A stretch of DNA of 64,000 bases, from assembly GCA_017993055.1 (NCBI GenBank), contig JAGONM010000006.1, positions 868 through 64,867 on the forward strand, given 5' to 3'. Under the pieces are notes generated by a model, which saw nothing but the letters and a program-made list of their open reading frames with translations, had not been told where the DNA came from and did no database searches. A program made the translations under genes and the position numbers. Shown in pieces: positions 55,618 through 64,000 of the stretch; position 1 is the stretch's first letter; every line of letters begins with the position of its first letter. Source of the stretch: Armatimonadota bacterium (GTDB lineage Bacteria > Armatimonadota > UBA5829 > DTJY01).

Positions 55618-56679
55618 GTGGAGATGGCTGCGAAGAAAGAGAGACTTGAGTTTGCCATAGCATCAGGGATGCCCCTCGGGCCGAGGACGGTGTTGATCGC
55701 ATGCCTGATGTTCGCCGGCTTCGCGATTCAGCTCACCGTCTCGGTCTTGCTGGGATGGCTCTCGTTCCTCGCGGGCTGTCTGCTCGGTATCATCCGAGGC
55801 AGGAGCAACGCTCCGAAGATTCAGGGAAAGGGCGAGTGGGCGAACACGACGATTGAGGAACTGGAGCAGATCGAGAAGCTCTCCATCAGGATCCGCAGTT
55901 GGCGCGAGCGGACGGACGCCTTCCGCGCGACTTCCTGCGGCGGCTGCGTCATGACCCTCATCGGATTGCTCGCTCTTTTCATCTCGACCTTCCTGATCGG
56001 GAAGTACGTTGACCGGGTCGCGGACGGATACGAAATGTTCGCCAGGATGTTCCTGCCTGCGGTCAATGGGGGGTTGATCGCTTCGGTCTGGGTGATGGAT
56101 GTGCTTACGGTTTTTGTGCCCATCTGGTTCGCGGGCGGCATCTCTGCCTGGGAGCCGCCCGAACTCCCGCGCAAGGCGAAGTACCTGCTGGATATCCACA
56201 GGAGCTACAAGTTGGAGCCGGAGCTGGAGTTCGCCCCGAGCCTCCATGTGCAGAAGAAAGACGATCGCGCCATTCCGACCGACGCCCGGCTGATGATCAA
56301 GTTCAGGGGCGCGCCGAAGGAGTTCCTCGGCGTCCAGGTCCAGATATCGCTGAACAGCGTGCAGGGTACCAACTACCCTTACTGCTACGCCGTGATTCTT
56401 GCGAAGAAGGAGTTCGGTCTCGTGCGCCGCGCTCAAGAGTATCTCAAGGACGGCGACCAGACGGGGCTGCTCGGCCTGTTCAAGTCGGAGAACGACCGCA
56501 AGGAAATGGCGCACCAGAAGTTCGCCGATTCGATCGTGGAGACCGAGTCGCAGACCGACGTGGATGTCGTAGTGATCCGCCAGGTGACCGTCGGCAGAGG
56601 CTATCACACGACCGAGGAGCAGGCGATCGGGGTCGTGTCGGACGCGCTCGATCTTGCTCGACTCGTTCTGAAGACGTAG
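55618..56679 (+). CDS. hypothetical polytopic membrane protein (operon member)
   Basis: Several predicted TM helices in the N-terminal half and a soluble C-terminal half. 27 nt after the rSAM gene and 14 nt before pepF. Confidence 0.5.
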   Translation: MEMAAKKERLEFAIASGMPLGPRTVLIACLMFAGFAIQLTVSVLLGWLSFLAGCLLGIIRGRSNAPKIQGKGEWANTTIEELEQIEKLSIRIRSWRERTDAFRATSCGGCVMTLIGLLALFISTFLIGKYVDRVADGYEMFARMFLPAVNGGLIASVWVMDVLTVFVPIWFAGGISAWEPPELPRKAKYLLDIHRSYKLEPELEFAPSLHVQKKDDRAIPTDARLMIKFRGAPKEFLGVQVQISLNSVQGTNYPYCYAVILAKKEFGLVRRAQEYLKDGDQTGLLGLFKSENDRKEMAHQKFADSIVETESQTDVDVVVIRQVTVGRGYHTTEEQAIGVVSDALDLARLVLKT

Positions 56680-56693
56680 GCTGAATTGCGGAG

Positions 56694-58478
56694 GTGGTTT
56701 CCATGGCATCAGATAGCCCTCCGACCTGGGATTTGTCGGACCTGTACGGAGCAGTTGACGATCCGCGCATCGAGGAGACGCTTGTCGGGCAGCTTCGGCG
56801 GGCGGACGTGTTTGCGCGCAGGTATAGGGGTCGGATCAACCTGCCGGATGTCACGGCCGACGCGCTCTGGGGCGCGATCGTCGAGTATGAGACGATCCTG
56901 CAGGAACTCGACAAGCCGCTAACCTACGCTTCTCTCCTATTCGCCGCCGACACGAGTGATCCCGTGCGCGGGGCTTTCCTGCAGAGCATGCGTGAGCGCC
57001 ACTCCGAGATTACCATCCGTATGATGTTCTTCGAGCTCGAGTTGACGCAGATTCCCGAGGATCAGATGGCTGGACTGGTGAGCAATGACGTGCTTGACGA
57101 GTACCGGCACTACATCTGGGCCGAGCGCCTTTTTCGCCAGCACCGGCTGACTGAGCCTGAGGAGAGAATCCTGGAAGAGAAGGCGAACACCGGGCGGCGG
57201 GCTTTCACCCGCCTGTTCGAGCAGACGACTTCAAATATCGCGTTCGATGTAGACGGCGGGACGCGAACCCTGCCGGAGATCCTGGCACTCATCCGCGACC
57301 CCGACCGCGAACTGCGTCGGGCGGCCGCGGAATCCCTCACGTCTGGACTGCGGGACAACTCCGCGACGCTGACCTACATCTTCAACACGTTGATTCAGGA
57401 CAAAGCGACGGACGACCGGCTCAGGAGCTACCGATCACCCGAGCAGGCCCGGCATCTGTCCAACGAGCTCGAATCCGATACTGTTGAGTTGGTCGTCGAG
57501 ACTGCGGTGGCGAACTACCCTCTGGTTGGCAGGTACTATGGGCTCAAGCGCGAGATTCTGGGTCTCGACAAGTTGATGCACTATGACCGCTACGCTCCGC
57601 TCTTCCAGACCAGGGAGTGCGTCCCGTTCGCCCGCGCCCGGGAGATCGTCCTTTCATCGTTCGATCGTTTCAGCCCAATGATCGGCGGCGCGGCGAAGGA
57701 GTTCTTCGATCGCAACTGGATTGACGCCGAGCCTCGGAAGGGCAAGCGAGGCGGAGCGTTCTGCTCCTACGTCACCCCCGACCTGCATCCGTACGTCTTC
57801 GTGAACTACCTCGACCGCATGGACGACGTGATGACGCTCGGGCACGAGTTGGGCCACGGTGTACACTCCTCGCTGGCTGGCAGTCAGAGCTACTTCAACT
57901 TCGCCTCGGTCCTGCCCGTTGCCGAGCTGGCCAGCACTTTCGGCGAGATGCTTGTATTCGAAACGCTCCAGTCGCAGGCGGTTCTCGACGATAAGCTCGC
58001 GCTCTACGCCGAGAAGATCGAGGGCGCTTTCGCGACGATCTTCCGCCAGGCCGCGATGTACCGCTTCGAGCAGGCGATCCATGCGGAACGTCGGGAGAGG
58101 GGCGAGTTGACTGCGGAGCGTTACGGTGAGCTTTGGCAACATTTCCAGCGGGAGATGTTCGGCGACTCCGTGGAACTCGGGGACGAGCACGGTCTCTGGT
58201 GGATGTACGTACCGCACTTCATCAATTCGCCATTCTACGTCTACGCGTACACGTTCGGCGAACTGCTGGTGATGTCGCTCTATGCGATGTACAAGAGGGA
58301 GGGGGAGGTCTTCGTCTCGAAGTATACTGAACTACTCAAGGCCGGCGGCTCGATGACCCCGGCGGATATGCTCAGCCGCGTGGGGATTGACATCGGCGAC
58401 CGTGCCTTCTGGCAGGCCGGAGTGGATGTCCTGGCTGGACTCGTGGACGATTTTGAGCGACTCTGGAGAAATAAATGA
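56694..58478 (+). CDS. pepF: M3B-family oligoendopeptidase F
   Basis: HELGHGVHS zinc-binding HExxH motif. Length and overall similarity fit PepF. Confidence 0.85.
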   Translation: MVSMASDSPPTWDLSDLYGAVDDPRIEETLVGQLRRADVFARRYRGRINLPDVTADALWGAIVEYETILQELDKPLTYASLLFAADTSDPVRGAFLQSMRERHSEITIRMMFFELELTQIPEDQMAGLVSNDVLDEYRHYIWAERLFRQHRLTEPEERILEEKANTGRRAFTRLFEQTTSNIAFDVDGGTRTLPEILALIRDPDRELRRAAAESLTSGLRDNSATLTYIFNTLIQDKATDDRLRSYRSPEQARHLSNELESDTVELVVETAVANYPLVGRYYGLKREILGLDKLMHYDRYAPLFQTRECVPFARAREIVLSSFDRFSPMIGGAAKEFFDRNWIDAEPRKGKRGGAFCSYVTPDLHPYVFVNYLDRMDDVMTLGHELGHGVHSSLAGSQSYFNFASVLPVAELASTFGEMLVFETLQSQAVLDDKLALYAEKIEGAFATIFRQAAMYRFEQAIHAERRERGELTAERYGELWQHFQREMFGDSVELGDEHGLWWMYVPHFINSPFYVYAYTFGELLVMSLYAMYKREGEVFVSKYTELLKAGGSMTPADMLSRVGIDIGDRAFWQAGVDVLAGLVDDFERLWRNK

Positions 58479-59551
58479 TCGAACCAAAACCCGATTTCGA
58501 GCGCCTGCTCACCGCGCTGACCTGCTCCGGTGAACCGGACCGTGTACCGTTGGCCGAACTCGGCATAAGCTACGAGGTGATGTCCGGTTTCATGGGTGCG
58601 CCTGTAACGTGCTTCGAAGAGGCCGTCAGGTTCTTTGAGAAGGCGGGCTATGACTACCTCAAGGTGACGCCTCTCTACGACTGGAACCCCGAGAGGCGCG
58701 TTCCGAAGGAGGGAGTGCGCTCGGCCACCGGCCAGTTCAGCGCGAACACTGAGGATGAGATTCAGATCCGATATGCCTCCGAGGGTGCGGGTGTCATCAC
58801 CTCGATGGACGAGTTCGAGACCTACCCTTGGATGGACGTCGAGGACGTGGACTACTCGGTCTATCAGAAGGCGAACGACCTGCTCCCTGATGGCATGAGG
58901 ATCATCGGCCACCAGGGCGACATATTCACCCAGGGCTGGACGCTCATGGGGTTCGAGACACTTTCGTGGAAGATGATGGACGAGCCAGAACTCGTCGAGG
59001 CCGTCATGAACAAGACCGGCGAGATCATCTACAGCATTTTCGAGGTGATCGCCGAGCAGGAGAACATCGGAGCGCTCTGGATCTCGGACGACATCGCGTA
59101 TACGGAAGGGCTGATGGTATCACCGATCTTTCTGCGAGAGCACGTCTTCCCGTGGTTCAAGCGCATCGGGAACCTTGCGCGGGGCTTAGGCGTCCCATAC
59201 TTGTACCATTCCGACGGCGATCTCTGGCAGGTCATGCCCGATCTGCTCGACGATATCGGGTTCAACGCTCTCCAGCCCATCGAGCCGAAAGCGATGGATA
59301 TCCGCGAGTTGAAGCAGAAGATCGGTGACCGCGTGTGTCTGATTGGGAATCTTGATCTGGGCTATACGCTCACCCGTGGGACGCCGGAGGAGGTCGTCGA
59401 GGAGACGAAGGGACTCATCCGCGACGTGGCGCCGGGTGGAGGCTATTGCGTCGGGTCGAGCAATACGGTGCCGTACTATGTTCCCGCTGGCAACTACAAG
59501 GCGATGGTCGAGGCCACGCTCGAGTTCGGCAGGTACCCCATAGAGTTTTGA
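58475..59551 (+). CDS. URO-D family protein (MtaA/CmuA-like methyltransferase or decarboxylase fold)
   Basis: MIEPKPDFERLLTALTCSGEPDRVPLAELG... resembles the uroporphyrinogen-decarboxylase/MT2 family. 4-nt ATGA overlap with pepF. Confidence 0.7.
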   Translation: MIEPKPDFERLLTALTCSGEPDRVPLAELGISYEVMSGFMGAPVTCFEEAVRFFEKAGYDYLKVTPLYDWNPERRVPKEGVRSATGQFSANTEDEIQIRYASEGAGVITSMDEFETYPWMDVEDVDYSVYQKANDLLPDGMRIIGHQGDIFTQGWTLMGFETLSWKMMDEPELVEAVMNKTGEIIYSIFEVIAEQENIGALWISDDIAYTEGLMVSPIFLREHVFPWFKRIGNLARGLGVPYLYHSDGDLWQVMPDLLDDIGFNALQPIEPKAMDIRELKQKIGDRVCLIGNLDLGYTLTRGTPEEVVEETKGLIRDVAPGGGYCVGSSNTVPYYVPAGNYKAMVEATLEFGRYPIEF

Positions 59552-59634
59552 GTTCTCAGTAATCCGGCTGGAGTCTGGAGTGGCGACTGACCACTGACTG
59601 CTGAGGGCTGCTTCTCGCGAAAGGAATAGACGAC

Positions 59635-60297
59635 ATGAGAGCAAGATATCTGGTCGCGCTCGCGATCTTAGCGCTGGCATTGGCGCTTGCAGGCTGCGGT
59701 GGAGGTGGCGGTGGCACGACTCTGGTCACCACCAACATCACCGGAAGAGCGGTGGACATCGCCGGCAACGGTATTGACGGGGCGACTGTTGAAGTCGACA
59801 CCGGGGCTGCGGCGCCCATATCGTCCGCCACCTCTGGTGGTGGCTACTATACCCTTCCGGGTGTTCCCGTCAACGCTGATCTAACCCTGATCGTCCACAA
59901 CTCCGGCAATACCTACCAGTACGGCGGCGTGCGCGTCAATCCCCCATTGAGCGGTCCGACGACCCCTATGGACATAGTGGTAACGTCTTACGCGCCTTCC
60001 GTTGGCTCAACGATCAGCATCCTGCCTGCGGATTCTCAGATCTGGGCGACCACCAACCCGAGTTACAGGGTCGTGCTCGATTCCAACTCGTCAACGGTCT
60101 ATGCAGTCTGGACGGTCACCGGTGCCACCGGTCACGTCGTGGATGGGGAATACTTCATGCTCACGCCGGGACCCGTCGGCACGACTGTGCGTCTGAGGGC
60201 CATGGTGCGACTGTCAAACGGTCAGGTCGTAACCGCCGAGAGGACGATGACAGTCGTGCCCGCCGATGACGACGTCCCGCCTCCTCCTCCTACGTAG
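59635..60297 (+). CDS. lipoprotein with a CarboxypepD_reg-like domain
   Basis: Lipobox LALAGC followed by a Gly run (CGGGGGG), then ITGRAVDIAGNGIDGATVEVD. Confidence 0.6.
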   Translation: MRARYLVALAILALALALAGCGGGGGGTTLVTTNITGRAVDIAGNGIDGATVEVDTGAAAPISSATSGGGYYTLPGVPVNADLTLIVHNSGNTYQYGGVRVNPPLSGPTTPMDIVVTSYAPSVGSTISILPADSQIWATTNPSYRVVLDSNSSTVYAVWTVTGATGHVVDGEYFMLTPGPVGTTVRLRAMVRLSNGQVVTAERTMTVVPADDDVPPPPPT

Positions 60298-60462
60298 TCA
60301 GCAGTCTGCGTGTGCGACTTGTTTCGGGGAGGCTTAAAGTCGAGATGGTCAGCGCATCGCGGCCGTAAGCCTATCCTGCCGCTTGCCCGCAGAGTAGTTC
60401 CCTGCTATAATCTCCCACGTCAAATGGCATTCTTCCCGGCACCTCAGGGAACGTGCCATCCT

Positions 60463-62022
60463 ATGACAGGAGACGACGCCGTGCTCGTTCGAGTGGACTC
60501 CAGCGCAATCCTGGGCGTAGACGCCTACGTGGTCGAGGTCGAGGTAGACGTCGCCATGGGTATGTCCTCCTTCACGATCGTCGGTCTGCCGGACGCCGCG
60601 GTCAAGGAGTCTGGGGAGCGTGTCAGAGCAGCCATCCGTAATACCGGCTGCGAGTTTCCCTACAACAAGCGCATCACCGTCAACCTGGCGCCCGCCGATA
60701 TCAAGAAGGTCGGCCCGATCTACGACCTTCCCATCGCAGTCGGCATCCTCGGGGCCAGCGGGCAAGTCTCCCGGGAGTTCCTGGACGAAATGATGGTCGT
60801 CGGCGAACTGTCACTCGACGGCGCCGTCCGTTCGGTGCATGGCGTCCTCCCGATGGCCCTCGCCGCGAGGGATTCCGGCAAGAAGTACCTTGTCGTTCCC
60901 CAGGATAACACCCGCGAGGCGGCCGTCGTGGACGGGATAGGTGTCTACCCGGTTGGGTCCCTCACCGAGGTTATGGAACTGATGGAGGACGTCGGCAGCA
61001 AGGCGCCCGCTCATGTGGACCTCGGCACTTTCGATCTAAACCGGCCGCACTACGACCTCGATTTCGCCGATGTCAAGGGGCAGGAGCACGTCAAGCGCGC
61101 GCTCGAAGTCGCCGCCGCCGGTGGACACAACATCCTCATGATCGGCCCGCCCGGAAGCGGCAAGACAATGCTCGCCCGGCGGATTCCCGGCATACTCCCG
61201 CCGATGAACCTCGACGAGGCGCTCGAGACGACCAAGCTCTTCAGCGTGAGCGGCCGGCTGGACTCGAGCACATCGCTCGTCACTACGCGCCCGTTCCGCT
61301 CGCCCCATCACACGATCTCGAACGCCGGACTCAGCGGCGGAGGAACATATCCCCAGCCGGGGGAGGTCAGCCTGGCGCACCACGGCGTGTTGTTTCTCGA
61401 CGAGCTTCCCGAGTTCCGGCGCGATGTGCTCGAGATCCTCCGCCAGCCGCTCGAAGATGGGCACGTGACGATCAGCCGCGTCGCCGGGTCGCTCACGTAT
61501 CCCGCCCGGTTCATGCTCGTGGGGGCGATGAACCCCTGTCCCTGCGGCTTCTTCAGCGACCCGACGCGCCCCTGCACCTGCCACCCCGGGCTGATCAACA
61601 AGTATCTGCAGCGCATCTCCGGCCCGCTGCTCGATCGGATTGACATACACATCGAGGTCCCGCGCCTCCGAGACCAGGAACTCGTGAACGTCCCGACCGG
61701 CGAGACCTCGACCGCGATCCGCACGAGGGTCGAGCGCGCTCGGGAGACCCAGCGGGTTCGGTTCGGCTCGAACGGCGCCGGAATCTACTGCAACGCGCAC
61801 ATGGGCGCCAAGCAGATCCGGCAGTACTGCGTTGCGAAGGATGACGTCAAAGACCTGCTCAAGACGGCAATCAATCAGCTCAACCTCTCCGCCCGCGCCT
61901 ATGATCGCATCCTCAAGCTCGCGCGCACGATTGCGGATCTTGAGGGTGTCGAGGATATCACGCTCGCCCACGTCGCCGAAGCGGTCCAGTACCGGAGTCT
62001 CGATAGGAAGCTCTGGGGCTAG
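60463..62022 (+). CDS. yifB: YifB/ComM family Mg-chelatase-like AAA+ ATPase
   Basis: N-terminal Lon-like domain ([22 protein letters not shown]). Walker [10 protein letters not shown]. Characteristic C-terminal domain. I place the start at the internal ATG; 60424 is also possible. Confidence 0.85.
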   Translation: MTGDDAVLVRVDSSAILGVDAYVVEVEVDVAMGMSSFTIVGLPDAAVKESGERVRAAIRNTGCEFPYNKRITVNLAPADIKKVGPIYDLPIAVGILGASGQVSREFLDEMMVVGELSLDGAVRSVHGVLPMALAARDSGKKYLVVPQDNTREAAVVDGIGVYPVGSLTEVMELMEDVGSKAPAHVDLGTFDLNRPHYDLDFADVKGQEHVKRALEVAAAGGHNILMIGPPGSGKTMLARRIPGILPPMNLDEALETTKLFSVSGRLDSSTSLVTTRPFRSPHHTISNAGLSGGGTYPQPGEVSLAHHGVLFLDELPEFRRDVLEILRQPLEDGHVTISRVAGSLTYPARFMLVGAMNPCPCGFFSDPTRPCTCHPGLINKYLQRISGPLLDRIDIHIEVPRLRDQELVNVPTGETSTAIRTRVERARETQRVRFGSNGAGIYCNAHMGAKQIRQYCVAKDDVKDLLKTAINQLNLSARAYDRILKLARTIADLEGVEDITLAHVAEAVQYRSLDRKLWG

Positions 62023-62033
62023 GACGTGCTATA

Positions 62034-62222
62034 ATGAAAGTGCGTGCTGTGATCAAGCGAATCGAGGATGACGGTTGGTATCGGGTTAGAATGCGGGGGA
62101 GTCATCGGCAGTTCAGACACCCCGCGAAGCCCGGAGTGGTTACCATTGCCGGTCATCCGAACAAGGACATGCATCCTGAAACCCTGCGCAGTGTCTGGCG
62201 ACAGGCTCAGATAGGAGATTGA
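62034..62222 (+). CDS. hicA: HicA-family mRNA interferase toxin
   Basis: 62 aa, with WYRVRMRGSHRQFRHPAKPGVVTIAGHPNKDMHPETL, the HicA/YcfA fold. Confidence 0.8.
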   Translation: MKVRAVIKRIEDDGWYRVRMRGSHRQFRHPAKPGVVTIAGHPNKDMHPETLRSVWRQAQIGD

Positions 62223-62225
62223 CGA

Positions 62226-62441
62226 ATGAGGAACTACCTGGTCGTCTATGAGCATGAGGGCGATAGTTGGAGTGCCTACGTCCCGGACCTGCCGGGATGC
62301 GTCGCTGCTGCTGACTCGAGGGGAAAGGTGTCCTCTCTCATCCGTGAAGCGATCGAGTTCCATATCGAAGGAATGCGTGCAGACGGCCTCCCCATCCCTG
62401 AACCGAAGGCCGACGCCGAACGTATGGACGTTGCCGCCTGA
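62226..62441 (+). CDS. hicB: HicB-family antitoxin (UPF0150)
   Basis: 71 aa: YLVVYEHEGDSWSAYVPDLPGCVAAADSRGKVSSLIREAIEFHIEG. 3 nt after hicA. Confidence 0.75.
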   Translation: MRNYLVVYEHEGDSWSAYVPDLPGCVAAADSRGKVSSLIREAIEFHIEGMRADGLPIPEPKADAERMDVAA

Positions 62442-62696
62442 TACTTTTGCATCACAGGCAACTGACGCGCCGGCACGATCGCGGACCTCCAGGGATCGGA
62501 GGGCATAGTACTCGCCCACGAGGTCGAGACGGTGCAGTACTGGAGTGCTGCTGCATGTCGCGACATCGGCGCTCTGAAGTGTGTGTTTCCGCAGCCTGCC
62601 TTGATATACATCCCGACCCCGACTCCAGCATGCGCGTCTTCCTCCCGACGATGATTGGTGAGAACACGTAGTTCACGTCCGATGGGGAGGGACCCG

Positions 62697-63599
62697 ATGT
62701 CACGACTCAGATACCTTTCACTCGTCGCGCTCACGCTCCTTGCGAGCGCATCTTTCTCGGCAGCCAAGCCGACACCCCCGCCCGCTGCGGCGATCCCGAA
62801 GGTAGTCCGGGCGCAGGCCTTCGAACTGACCGACGCTGCCGGAAAGACACGTGCTTGGCTCGGCGTTTCCGACGACGGTGCGACCGTGCTGAAGCTCCTG
62901 GACGGAGAAGGCAAGACCAAAGTGCTCGTGGACTCTGACGGCCTGATCGAGGTTCTCGATGCCGAGGGCAAGGCGCGAGTGACCGTCGGGGCTATGGGCG
63001 ATGGCTATGGGATCGGCCTTCTCGACTCCAAAGGCACGATCCGGGCAGACCTGCGCGTGGATTCCGGCAACGCCCCGTCGGTGACTGTGAGGGACGCGGC
63101 TGGCAAGATGCGCGGCACGCTCGCGATGTCCGATGACGAGCCGCTTCTGATCCTCAAGGATGCCAAGGATGAAGGGGCGCGTATGGCCCTGGATATGGAG
63201 GACTCGCTTCCCGTGCTCTCGCTCTGGGACACAGCCGGTAAGCCGCGCGCATCCTACTCGCTGACGGAGGGCGGTGCGCTTCTGCAGATGACTGACGCCG
63301 GCGGCAAGTCCCTCGCGGAGATGGCCGCGGCCGGCGATCGGCCGAGCCTCATTCTCCAGGATCACAAGAGCAAGATGGCCGCGTTCCTGGGGTTCACCGA
63401 CGATACCGATCTGTCGCTGCTACTCCAGAACGGTCAGCAGAAGACACAGATCGGCCTGCTGCTCTACGGTACGGACCCGACGCTGGCGATCGCTCACCCG
63501 AACGGGAATCCGGCGGCGAGCATGCGGATCGGCGGTGACGGCGCGCCGTATGTCCGCACATCGGACAAGGACAACGTCACGATCTGGAAGTCGCCGTAG
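62697..63599 (+). CDS. secreted protein built from ~11 degenerate ~21-aa repeats
   Basis: GGGGAGGGA RBS and signal peptide MSRLRYLSLVALTLLASASFSAA. The repeat pattern is hydrophobic-x-D-x-x-G-K-x-R-x-x-L, recurring about every 21 aa. Confidence 0.55.
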   Translation: MSRLRYLSLVALTLLASASFSAAKPTPPPAAAIPKVVRAQAFELTDAAGKTRAWLGVSDDGATVLKLLDGEGKTKVLVDSDGLIEVLDAEGKARVTVGAMGDGYGIGLLDSKGTIRADLRVDSGNAPSVTVRDAAGKMRGTLAMSDDEPLLILKDAKDEGARMALDMEDSLPVLSLWDTAGKPRASYSLTEGGALLQMTDAGGKSLAEMAAAGDRPSLILQDHKSKMAAFLGFTDDTDLSLLLQNGQQKTQIGLLLYGTDPTLAIAHPNGNPAASMRIGGDGAPYVRTSDKDNVTIWKSP

Positions 63600-63619
63600 C
63601 GTTCTTCTGTCGGGGACGG

Positions 63620-63901
63620 CTATCGTTTCGATACGAGCCACCACTGAGGTGTCCGCCGGTCCGCGTAGTCGAGATACATCTCGAATTCTCCTCCCTCGGC
63701 GCATCGGACGACGAAGTACCTGCGGTGTCGGCGCGTGAACCACGTCCGGCTCTTCTCGCGGGCCGTGCCGTATCCCGTGTCCGCCCACTCCTTGAGCAGC
63801 TCGACGACGTGGAACGTTTCGCCCTGCCAGACGAAGCTCACCGGCGTCGGCGAACTCTCGCTCTTCTCGACCTCGATCTTCTCTCCCAGGAACTCGGTCA
63901 T
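63620..63901 (-). CDS. hypothetical small protein
   Basis: 93-aa ORF with protein-like composition. No family recognised. Confidence 0.35.
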   Translation of the reverse strand: MTEFLGEKIEVEKSESSPTPVSFVWQGETFHVVELLKEWADTGYGTAREKSRTWFTRRHRRYFVVRCAEGGEFEMYLDYADRRTPQWWLVSKR

Positions 63902-64000
63902 GGTCGCTCACCTGAATCCGAGTTTACCATCATGTCGTCCTCGTGACAATCCATGTTCTCGTCTATGATATACTGATCTAGTCGTTCGCACTTGGGGGGA

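Overview
This is a high-GC (~65%) bacterial window from an uncultured-type lineage. Ribosome-binding sites are GGAGG-like, and antisense strands carry many long spurious ORFs. I support about 46 protein-coding genes and found no rRNA, tRNA, CRISPR array or transposase. From start to end the window contains the following. (1) A surface/cell-wall enzyme locus on the minus strand: two paralogous N-acetylmuramoyl-L-alanine amidases and a GH10-like hydrolase, all multidomain, plus a TolB-like beta-propeller. (2) A GH4 hydrolase and a BadF-type sugar kinase. (3) A complete kdp potassium-uptake regulon with a split KdpD: a histidine kinase half and kdpE upstream, then kdpFABC, then a separate KdpD N-terminal/Usp sensor gene. 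A KimA-like K+ transporter follows it. (4) A DUF362/ferredoxin gene, L-fucose isomerase, and an S8 subtilisin. (5) A GH38 mannosidase / MBL hydrolase / triple-GAF histidine kinase / CheY operon. (6) A LuxR regulator, a UroD-family gene and a CPBP protease. (7) lexA, diverging from two huge tandem six-hairpin-like glycosidases, one carrying an NPCBM module, followed by pgi. (8) The most interesting region, a tightly coupled operon (52.6-59.6 kb). It encodes a DUF2207-type membrane protein whose C-terminus is an (A-C-H-S/D)n Cys-His tetrapeptide repeat, translationally coupled by an ATGA overlap to a radical-SAM/SPASM enzyme with an N-terminal PqqD-like RRE. A membrane protein, an M3 oligoendopeptidase F and a UroD/MtaA-like gene follow. 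This looks like an undescribed RiPP-like protein-tail modification system. (9) yifB/comM, a hicAB toxin-antitoxin pair, and a secreted ~21-aa-repeat protein. Separately, an uncharacterised ~190-aa C-terminal domain is shared by three secreted enzymes: the window-start fragment, the large amidase and the subtilisin.
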